A stretch of 64,000 nt of DNA from Eledone cirrhosa. Its lineage: Eukaryota. The notes beneath the pieces were generated by a model. It was not told the origin of the DNA and did no database searches. It was given only the letters and a program-made list of their open reading frames with translations. The position numbers were made by a program, and so were the translations under genes. The stretch is from positions 6,944,001 through 7,008,000 of the forward strand of contig OZ024754.1 in NCBI GenBank assembly GCA_964016885.1, in the 5' to 3' direction. Every line of letters begins with the position of its first letter. The first letter of the stretch is position 1. Below are positions 53,366-64,000 of the stretch, one piece after another.

Positions 53366-53587
53366 ATAATAATAAATGTGAAGACTAAAATCCAAAGAGG
53401 GCTCGATAAGGATAAATATATATCAAATATATAAGAACCCTAGAGCAAATATATTTAAAATAACAGTGAAAGTAAGGGTTAAAGCAGCGATTCTTTGCTT
53501 AAACTTTAATCTGTTATTTTAATAAATATATATATATATATATACCAAGATAATAATAAATGGAAACTATATTTATAAAACCATATT

Positions 53588-53652
53588 TATTTTATTATAT
53601 ATATTTCAAGGGTGACCAACCCAATCTTGGTGCGCTTTCATCAGATAAAATA
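53588..53652 (-). ncRNA. Hammerhead motif, family E
   Basis: UAUUUUAU-CUGAUGA-long stem II-GAAAUAUAUAUA-AUAAAAUA. Confidence 0.7.
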
Positions 53653-53729
53653 CAAAATTTGTTTTATAAATAACGACATACCCATGGAAATCACACCTTG
53701 ACGGTTCTAAAATCGCTGGATAGAGATTG

Positions 53730-53794
53730 TATTTTATCTGATGAAAGCGCACCAAGATTGGGTTGGTCGCCCTTGAAATATATATAATAAAATA
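53730..53794 (+). ncRNA. Hammerhead motif, family E
   Basis: 8-bp stem I UAUUUUAU/AUAAAAUA, intact core, palindromic AUAUAUAU stem III. Confidence 0.72.
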
Positions 53795-53930
53795 AATATG
53801 GTTTTATAAATATAGTTTCCATTTATTATTATCTTGGAATATTTACTCTAGTAACTTGTTGAGTGCTCTAAATCAGTTATAAACATTTATGTTTGTCGGA
53901 CTTCCAACAAATTAAATACAACTTCTACTT

Positions 53931-53967
<37 letters not shown>

Positions 53968-54532
53968 GCAAGTTTGAAGAACCATTAGATAAAATATATA
54001 CAGTATTTCCTCTCCTAGTCCGTATAAATCAACCACATAAAAAATCATTTAAACGAGGCTATAAGTTTAAAATGTAACTATGGAGAAATAATAGACAAAT
54101 GATACAGACTATCTTCCTTAATTATATATATATATAATTAGACATAGTCACAGATACATATATGAGTTTGGCTACCTTTCATGGTGTGGCTGAATGAAGA
54201 ATTAATTAAGGAAGATAGTCTGTATCATTTGTCTATTATTTCTCCATAGTTACATTTTAAACTTATAGCCTCGTTTAAATGATTTTTTATGTGGTTGATT
54301 TATACGGACTAGGAGAGGAAATACTGTATATATTTTATCTAATGGTTCTTCAAACTTGCAATTTTATATATATATATATATATATATATGTATACAAAGT
54401 AGAATTTGTATTTAATTTGTTGGAAGTCCGACAAACATAAATGTTTATAACTGATTTAGAGCACTCAACAAGTTTCTGGAGTAAATATTCAATGATATTA
54501 AAAAATGGAAATTATATTTATAAAACCATATT

Positions 54533-54596
54533 TATTTTATTATATATATTTCAAGGGTACCAAGACAATATTGGTACGCTTTCATCAGATAAAATA
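54533..54596 (-). ncRNA. Hammerhead motif, family E (diverged copy, better stem II)
   Basis: stem II AAG c GUACCAA...UUGGUAC c CUU; intact core. Confidence 0.75.
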
Positions 54597-54709
54597 CAAA
54601 ATTTGTTTTATAAATAGAGACGTACCCATGAAAATCATACCTTATCGGTTGGAAATTCACTGGATAGTCATAAATGGTTTTATAAATATAGTTTCCATTT
54701 ATTTAATAT

Positions 54710-54823
<114 letters not shown>

Positions 54824-55138
54824 CATTCTCTGGATGAAATCTACTGTATTCGAACCTGGAGAAGAGATGGGTTCCGCCAGGTTTAAAAAAAAACATTAAA
54901 TGCTCTAGAAAAGCTGTTATGACATTATGAGACCCCACAACTCCCTCCTGGTGTTACAAGACCATGCATGCACGCATGTACGCATGCATATATGTGTATT
55001 TATAATTTCTTAATGTGTGTCCGTGTGTGATTATAATCCTATTTTTGATCTTTGTGTAATCTCAGTTAGTAATTCCGAGTGGATAGGATAACCTCAAGTT
55101 ACTAGCCGAGATTACATGAATGTCTCACCTAACGGCAT

Positions 55139-55643
55139 GACACCACCACCACGGTGACCACTGACACCACCACCACCACCACGGTGACCACTGACACCAC
55201 CACCACTGTCACCACTGACACCACCACCACCACAATCACCACTGGTACTACCACCACTACGACCACCATGATCACCACTGACACTACTACCACCACCACC
55301 ACTGACCCCACACCACCAACAACACCACCACCACCACCACCACCACCAACACCACCACCAACACTAACACCAACACCACCAACACCACCACCATCAACAC
55401 CACCACCACCAACACCAACACCGCCAACACCACCAACACCGCCAACACCACCAACACCACCACCAACAACACCAACACCACCACCAACAACACCAACACC
55501 ACCACCACCACCACCAACACCAACACCACCAACACCACCACCAACACCACCACCACCAACACCAACACTACCACCAACACCACCACCAACACCAACACCA
55601 CCACCACCACCAACACCACCACCAACACCACCACCACCACCAC
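55139..55643. repeat. Cryptic (CAC/CCA/CAA)n trinucleotide repeat
   Basis: direct reading. Confidence 0.92.
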
Positions 55644-55917
55644 TGAACCTAGGCTTCGCTCCAGCCCTTTAGAAAGGTCCTTTCCTTATCTCCCCTCCAA
55701 CCATGCCACTCACTAAACATTGCCTCTATGATCAATGCATGATATCCCAACTCAGCCATTTTGTTTTCAACCTTCCATGTTGTTTGAAATGTTTTTTTTT
55801 TCTTTTGTTGTTGTTTTATTGTTTTATATTATTTTCATTTTTTGGTGTAAATTTTTGGTTTGTTTTAGCAACAAAGGTAAATGAGACATTAATCCTACAC
55901 ACACATATATATATACA

Positions 55918-56063
<146 letters not shown>

Positions 56064-56236
56064 TATATATATATATATATGTCTGTGTATGTATATATAT
56101 ATATATATATGTAGGAGGTGAGTTTTATTGTAGTACAATAAAGCAATGCAGATATCGGATAAGAAGCACTCTACAGTTTGTGGGACTGGAGTATGCATAA
56201 TATAAGATCAAAAGATGGTTAAAGGAGTTCAATATA

Positions 56237-56303
56237 TTTTATTATGCGCATTTCAAAAACAAACATCATCAAACAATAATATTTGTGTTTTCATCAGATA
56301 AAA
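56237..56303 (-). ncRNA. Hammerhead motif, family F
   Basis: reverse complement of 58369-58435. Confidence 0.78.
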
Positions 56304-58368
56304 CAGGAGAACATGATATGAAGGCTAAAAAAACACTTGTTGATAGTGCAGTTTTAAATCAACATATGAAAAGTGGTTTTAGATTGATGTGTGATATTGG
56401 GAAAAATATTTTATTTAGAGAGGGGGGGAGAGAAAAGGATGAAAAGGGAAGGAGATGAGAGGGAGAGATGGGTGATAGAGAGAAAGAGATAGTTTTTATA
56501 ACAGAGAGGAGATATATTTTATATAGAGGGGTTGAAAACCGTTGGAAGATACTGTATAAATTAAAAATTTTGAAAATTAACGAAGGGAGGATATGTGCGA
56601 GGAAAAAATATATTATATTTAGGGAGGGGTGGGGGTGGAAAGGATGAAAAAAAGGGGAGGAGATGAGAGTGAGGGTGGAAAGGGAGAGATGGGTGATAGA
56701 GAGAAAGAGATAGTTTTTATAACTGAGAAAAAGATATAATGTTTTAATATAGAGAGGTTGGGAACCGTTGGAAGATAATGTATAAATTAAAGGAATTTGA
56801 AAATTAACGAAGGGAAATTATGTATGGAGATAGAGAGAAAAAATAACGAAGGGAGATTATGTATGGAGATAGAGAGAAAAAAAATAATAATTGTGGGTGA
56901 ATATTCAAAAGGAGAAATGTAGGAATCTTAAAATTAGCAAAGAGAAAATGTTTATGTATAGGATTTGAGAAAAATAATGTGAAGTTAAAGTTTTTATATT
57001 GAATTCATATGTATTAATAATGAGTTCGTTGATGGGGAGATTCTAACCTAGAATCCATAATAAATAGACGCTCGGATTTGTTTTCCATCTGCCTGCATAA
57101 ATTCCATAGAACTTTTCACAAAGTATACAGTTAATATTCAATTCTTTATCAATTTAGAATCTTTTCTCAAAGGCACATATACATACACCTCTTTAAAATA
57201 TACCCATCTACCTTACTTTAAAGGGCATTATACACTCTATAGTACTCGTTTATTCATTTACCTCATCCTATCTTCTCGTAAAACAATAACATTTGTTTTT
57301 GACATTTTGAATATTCATCCACAATCATTATTATTTTTTTCCCTCTATCATAAATCTTTTTAATCTCAATTTCATCCTTAATTTATTATTATATATTTTT
57401 TTTTTAATATATACTCATATATTCTTTAAAATATACCCATCTACCTTACTTTAAAGGGCATTATACACTCTATAATACCCGTTTACTCATCACCCTCATT
57501 ATATCTCTTCGTAAAACAATAACATTTGTTTTTGACATTTTGAGTATTCATCCGCAATCATTATTATTTTTTCTCTCTATCATAAATCTTTTTAATCTCA
57601 ATTTCATCCTTAATTTATTATTATTTTTTTCTCCCCATCAACGAACTCATTATTAATACATATGAATTCAATATAAAAACTTTAACTTCACATTATTTTT
57701 CTCAAATCCTATACATAAACATTTTCTCTTTGCTAATTTTAAGATTCCTACATTTCTCCTTTTGAATATTCACCCACAATTATTATTTTTTTTTTCTCTC
57801 TATCTCCATACATAATCTCCCTTCGTTATTTTTTCTCTCTATCTCCATACATAATTTCCCTTCGTTAATTTTCAAATTCCTTTAATTTATACATTATCTT
57901 CCAACGGTTCCCAACCTCTCTATATTAAAACATTATATCTTTTTCTCAGTTATAAAAACTATCTCTTTCTCTCTATCACCCATCTCTCCCTTTCCACCCT
58001 CACTCTCATCTCCTCCCCTTTTTTTCATCCTTTCCACCCCCACCCCTCCCTAAATATAATATATTTTTTCCTCGCACATATCCTCCCTTCGTTAATTTTC
58101 AAAATTTTTAATTTATACAGTATCTTCCAACGGTTTTCAACCCCTCTATATAAAATATATCTCCTCTCTGTTATAAAAACTATCTCTTTCTCTCTATCAC
58201 CCATCTCTCCCTCTCATCTCCTTCCCTTTTCATCCTTTTCTCTCCCCCCCTCTCTAAATAAAATATTTTTCCCAATATCACACATCAATCTAAAACCACT
58301 TTTCATATGTTGATTTAAAACTGCACTATCAACAAGTGTTTTTTTAGCCTTCATATCATGTTCTCCTG

Positions 58369-58435
58369 TTTTATCTGATGAAAACACAAATATTATTGTT
58401 TGATGATGTTTGTTTTTGAAATGCGCATAATAAAA
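58369..58435 (+). ncRNA. Hammerhead motif, family F (intact, sense to TRIP11)
   Basis: UUUUAU-CUGAUGA-16-bp stem II (1 mismatch, 3 GU pairs)-GAAAUGCGCAUA-AUAAAA; palindromic AUGCGCAU stem III. Confidence 0.8.
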
Positions 58436-58467
58436 TATATTGAACTCCTTTAACCATCTTTTGATCT

Positions 58468-58532
<65 letters not shown>

Positions 58533-58666
58533 TATATATATACACACATATATATATATATACACAGACATATATATACATACACAGACATATATATATA
58601 TATATACATACACATGTATATATATATACATACACAGACATATATATATATATATACACATACACA

Positions 58667-58748
<82 letters not shown>

Positions 58749-58875
58749 CACACATATATATATATATATACATACACAGACATATATATATATATGTCTG
58801 TGTGTATATATATATATATATACATAGACATATATATATATACATCACAGACATATATATATACATACAGACATA

Positions 58876-58935
<60 letters not shown>

Positions 58936-58953
58936 TATATATATACATACACA

Positions 58954-58991
<38 letters not shown>

Positions 58992-59254
58992 CACAGACAT
59001 ATACATATATACTTACACAGACACACACATATATATATACACATACACAGACATGTATATATACATCATCATCATCGTTTACGTCCATCTTCCACGCTTG
59101 CATGGGTCTGGACGGGAGTTTTCCAACTTGAGGCAAGATTGGTTGTCTTGCTCGTATAGGACTGTCTGGCGGGTTTTCTACGGCTGGATGCCCTTCCTAA
59201 CACCAACCACGTTTACAGTGTGGACTGGGAGGTTTTTACCGTGTTACCTCCACG

Positions 59255-60052
59255 GATAAATATAGTACCAAGTCTTGGGTAGTAAACTGGTAGAATTGGT
59301 AGAGCAGAGAACCTTCTGATGTTGATGAATATAGTACCAAGTCTTGGGTAGTAAACTGGTAGAATTGGTAGAGCAGAGAACCTTCTGATGTTGATGAATA
59401 TAGTACCAAGTCTTGGGTAGTAAACTGGTAGAATTGGTAGAGCAGAGAACCTTCTGACGTTGATGAATATAGTACCAAGTCTTGGGTAGTAAACTGGTAG
59501 AATTGGTAGAGCAGAGAACCTTCTGATGTTGATGAATATAGTACCAAGTCTTGGGTAGTAAACTGGTAGAATTGGTAGAGCAGAGAACCTTCTGACGTTG
59601 ATAAATATAGTACCAAGTCTTGGGTGGTAAACTGGTAGAATTGGTAGAGCAGAGAACCTTCTGACGTTGATAAATATAGTACCAAGTCTTGGGTGGTAAA
59701 CTGGTAGAATTGGTAGAGCAGAGAACCTTCTGACGTTGATAAATATAGTACCAAGTCTTGGGTGGTAAACTGGTAGAATTGGTAGAGCAGAGAACCTTCT
59801 GACGTTGATAAATATAGTACCAAGTCTTGGGTGGTAAACTGGTAGAATTGGTAGAGCAGAGAACCTTCTGACGTTGATAAATATAGTACCAAGTCTTGGG
59901 TAGTAAACTGGTAGAATTGGTAGAGCAGAGAACCTTCTGATGTTGATGAATATAGAACCAAGTCTTGGGTGGTAAACTGGTAGAATTGGTAGAGCAGAGA
60001 ACCTTCAGAGGTTGATAAAGTACTAATCTTGGGTGGTAAACTGGTAGAATTG
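59255..60052. repeat. 69-bp tandem repeat, about 11.5 copies
   Basis: GAT(A/G)AATATAGTACCAAGTCTTGGGT.. with period 69. Confidence 0.95.
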
Positions 60053-62429
60053 TTTTTTTTTTTTGTTCTGAATTCAGATCCTGTTTTGGCCTATTTCAAT
60101 GGTAGACTTAATACATCACCTTGTTTAACAATACCACCATCACCATCTGACTCTTGAGGGCCTTTAGTGAAGTCCATTCTGTTGGAAATATTCAGACAGT
60201 GTTTCTGGTTTAAGGATAGCGTCTTCTCTTCCTCCCAAACATCAGCCTCAGAGACCCTAAAATGAGTCCCGGGCATTACCCTTCAATTCCCAGCTAAAAT
60301 CAGGGTGTATAAGAAGACATTTCATTAGCTTGTTTTCTGTAAGTGAAAATTGAATGGTTATGTTCTCTTAGTACTTATTTTTGTTATAATTATTCACTAT
60401 TAACTACTACAGAGAATGTTGCAGGTAAATAGCTGAGTGTTGCACGGCATGGCATGTATATGTGCATATTTCTGCATGAGGCTTGTTCTGCAATAGAACT
60501 AGTTTGAACTGTTCATAGCATGTTTTGTTGGCCTTTTTTGTTTTTGTTTCTACTTAGGTTCAAGCTTTGGTGAGAGTAGAGAAGGGTGTATGATTAGTGA
60601 TGTTGTGACTGGAGTTTAGACAACAAAAGACGAGACGTAAATTTATGAATCTACAGATCTAACTACACTTGGTATATATACCATAATCTGAAAAAAGAAA
60701 TGTATAAAAAAAATTGAAAAAATTGAAAATTATAGACAGTCTTTCATTAGAAATATCACAACTAAAAAATCAATTTGGTAGTTATGATTTTTTTAAATTT
60801 AACCCTTTTGATACCAAACTAACTGAAACTACCCTTCATTATACAATACAAAGCTGTTTATTTTAAAGTGTTTATATTTATCTCAAGACCTCCAATCATA
60901 ATTTTATGCAATAACTTTTGTTATATTCCAAACACCAGTTTTATAATGAAAAAGTTAGTTATATTACAAAATCCTTCCAAATTGTTGATTATTTGAACAT
61001 CTTAACACTGGCCCTATTCATTCCTCAGGACATTCTATTTCTCTTCATGTCCTTCATCATATTATTGTTGTAAATTAGGGCAAATGAGCCACAAATTTAG
61101 GGGAAGAGGGTTGGGAATTGTCTTGATTCTGAATATATCACCAGTTAATATTTTATCAACCTCATGGAAGGACAAACACAGTTAACACCCCAGGATTTGA
61201 ACTCAAAACATTAATGTATATAAATAAATACTGCAAGGCAATTTTTGTTTATTACCCTACTGATTCTGACCCCTTTGTTTTTCATTATATATATTTTTTT
61301 TTTTTTTTAATATGTGGGGTCATATATATATTTTTTGCAGTGGGTGGGGAGACATATTCTATTGAATAAAAGCCTATCAATATATTTATTACACTGGGCT
61401 GATAAGTTGAAAACAACATTAACCTAAAAAAAACCTCTATGTGGTCACTCGACCTGCTAGAAATAGCAACAAATCACTCCTTACTGTTTTTCTTTGTTTT
61501 CTTTTTGTTTTGTTTTTCATATATTTTTTTTAAAGGAAGGACATTGGATAAACTAGTCTGAACTTTAAACTATGTCTGAAAAGTTGGGATGGTCATGGAT
61601 AGAAAGCCTTTGATCATAGGTCTGCTTGACAAGGCTTCAACTGGGGTGGCTAAATCATAACAAATACAACAGCCGTAGATAATTATTACAATTTTTTAAA
61701 TGACTTTCTCAATCAATCCAGCCTCCCTCCCTCTTCTCCTTCTCCTCCTTCTCCTCCTCCTCCTCCTCCACACACATATACACACAATTTGATGTCGATA
61801 TTTTTTTTGCCGATCTACAAGCTGTGAGTATTACATCAGGTACTGATTCTTTTTTTGGTTTAGTACATTTTGTAATGCTTACAGTGTGTGTCGGCATTCC
61901 GAACTGCAACTTTAGAAGTAGAAGTGCCATTAAACAGTTTTGGAAAACACCATCACACTTTCACTACCCACACCCCTCACATACCCAGCCCCTAAAAAAA
62001 TATAAAAATAAAATAAAATAAATGAACAAATAAATATTTAATAAATAAAGGAATAAAAACGTTTTTTAAAATCCTTGCTTACTCCCACCCAAATTCCCGC
62101 ATAAACGTACATGTCCCTTCTCCGTTGCCTGGGCTCTGTCTTTTTAAATAAATATTTTTAAAACAGTAATGTCTCAAACACTTTGCTCTTCTCACGTTCC
62201 ATTCAAATACACAGATGTATTTGAAAAATTAAAAAAAGCTGTCATTACCTTGAACAAACAGTAAAGATCAAGTCACTTATCTCCCCACTCTCCTCTTTTT
62301 TACTTAAACATTTATAAGAAAAAGAGAAGGTAATACGTTTCTGATATAATGGCAATCTTGTGGGATAACGCTTTCCTTTCAGTTATGTAAATGAACGATA
62401 TTAATAGTAGTACTATAACATCAATGCAA

Positions 62430-63020
62430 CAATGTTTTAAGGCAATTTTTCTTTGTTAAAACAGAGGTTAGTCTTATAAGTCCCATGAAAGACCAGCAGC
62501 AATGTTTTAAGGCAATTTTTCTTTGTTAAAACAGAGGTTAGTCCTGTAAGTCCCATGAAAGACCAACAGCAATGTTTTAAGGCAATTTTTCTTTGTTAAA
62601 ACAAAGGTTAGTCCTGTGAGTCCTATGAAAGACCAGCAGCAATAATTTAACCCTTTAACATTTACATTATTTTATATATACTATTGTATTTTCACAGTAA
62701 AGGCTTTATCTTACACAATTATTCACATAAAATCGAATCTATGAGATTTTGATGTTATTTATTTTGAGAACAATACCTTAATGTAGGTGTGAGCAGCCAG
62801 TTACAGCCGGTTTGAACAGAAAGAGGTGAGAGAGTTCTGGCAGGATACAGCCGGTTTGAATGCTAAAGGGTTAAGGCAATTTTATTTTGTTAAAACAGGG
62901 GTTAGTCCTCTGAGATCCAGGAAAAGCCAGTAGCAGTGTTTTAAGGCAATTTTCCCTGCTGGAACAGGGAATAGTCTTTTAGGTCCCATGAAAGGCCAGC
63001 AACCGTGTTTTAAGTCAATT
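62430..63020. repeat. 70-bp tandem repeat interrupted by a MITE
   Basis: units start at 62430, 62500, 62570 and 62640. Confidence 0.9.
62647..62874. mobile_element. piggyBac-type MITE inserted in a 70-bp tandem repeat
   Basis: TTAA duplicated; neighbouring units show the empty site. Confidence 0.88.
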
Positions 63021-63689
63021 TTACCAGGATATGTACTGGCCTGATAACCCACCAGGTTCAAGACAGACTTTAACTTTTTTAATAAAACTTTGAAACAAAC
63101 GAAAATGTAATATTGTTATAGGAATTATATTTTGATCTTTTTATGTTGTTCCAGTATACTCAGATAAAAATGAATACCAGCAATAGTTGGGGCTAGGGTT
63201 TAACTCTGGTGTCCTGTCCAGGGGACAATCTTGTACTCCCAGTCGCTTCATGCGATGGAAACTGGGTTAAGTACCAGCCTGATGAGCCTCCAGTGTCGAG
63301 ACAGTCAGTATTTGCAGGCAACAAAATGGTAGAGTTGTTAGAACATCAAATAGAATGCTTTGCCATATTCATTCTGCCTCTCGGAACTCTGAGTTCTAAA
63401 CCCAGCAAATTTAACTTTGCCTTTCATCCTTTCAAGGTTCATAAAAAACCAGCCCAATAGTGGGGTCCATTTTCTCTCTATATTTCTCTCTTACTTTCTC
63501 TCTATCACTCACTTTTTCTCTCTCTCTCCTTCTCTGGAAGAAATCAGCTCTGCTCAGACCTACAGAGAGATTAACTCTGCTGGGTTTCAAATACCCAAGA
63601 CATGCTCTATGTCAATACAAATCCACTAAAACTCCACCAGGAATCATACATACATACACTGTCAAGTGGTTGTATAAGTGTTACACCAG

Positions 63690-64000
63690 AAAGCACCCAG
63701 CCCACATTGTGAAGTGGTCGTGTAGGTGTCAAGACAAAAAGCACCCAGCCCACACTGTGAAGTGGTCGTGTAGGTGTCAAGACAAAAAGCACCCAGCCCA
63801 CACTGTAAAGTGGTCGTGTAGGTGTCAAGACAAAAAGCACCCAGCTCACACTGTGAAGTGGTCGTGAAGGTGTCAAGACAAAAAGCACCCAGCCCACACT
63901 GTGAAGTGGTCGTGTAGGTGTCAAGACAAAAAGCACCCAGCTCACACTGTGAAGTGGTCGTGTAGGTGTCAAGACAAAAAGCACCCAGCCCACACTGTGA
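63690..64000. repeat. 48-bp tandem repeat derived from the RTE 3'UTR
   Basis: AAAAAGCACCCAGCCCACACTGTGAAGTGGTCGTGTAGGTGTCAAGAC, at least 6 copies; matches reverse complement of about 15950-15996. Confidence 0.9.

Larger units (their letters stand above)
53545..54704. mobile_element. Nested inverted-repeat complex of hammerhead-bearing (Penelope-like) units
   Basis: inverted repeats 53545-53655/53727-53837 and 53727-54124/54204-54599; direct repeat about 53559-53723/54504-54667. Confidence 0.7.
56111..58475 (+). mobile_element. 5'-truncated Penelope-like retroelement with inverted pseudo-LTRs
   Basis: about 845-bp near-identical inverted arms 56197-57040 and 57630-58475; spacer begins with ORF tail SNLESIINRRSDLFSICLHKFHRTFHKVYS* (57042-57134); hammerhead in both arms; (TA)n flanks. 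Confidence 0.75.

Noticed and set aside
55154-55672. Thr/Pro-rich mucin- or extensin-like ORF
   Set aside because: Trinucleotide repeat; the nearby acceptor at 55065 hits a stop in the phase needed, and there is no non-repetitive coding context
59236-59961. 241-aa repeat ORF on the minus strand
   Set aside because: A by-product of the 69-bp period; no splice or homology support
60091-60276. Minus-strand 61-aa ORF as an exon of a second gene
   Set aside because: No recognisable homology or partner exons; cannot be supported from sequence alone

Overview
AT-rich, microsatellite-laden animal genomic DNA. The SINE and RTE repertoire points to an octopod cephalopod (inference). The window holds the middle of one + strand gene, the golgin GMAP-210/TRIP11 orthologue. 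I traced 18 phase-compatible GT-AG exons from 9949 to 46211 (about 1665 codons, including one 3164-bp exon). The N-terminal and GRAB-domain exons were not found here. The introns contain tRNA-derived SINEs, RTE and R4/Dong LINE 3' ends, a mariner relic, TTAA piggyBac-type MITEs and many minisatellites. The most notable hidden structure is about 19 type-I hammerhead ribozyme motifs (16 clear, 3 degenerate) from 6-8 distinct sequence families. Most lie in long inverted repeats next to (TA)n tracts, and one inverted repeat still carries the C-terminal codons of a Penelope-like element ORF. Most ORFs in the supplied track are microsatellite artefacts. All calls were made by eye, with no searches run.
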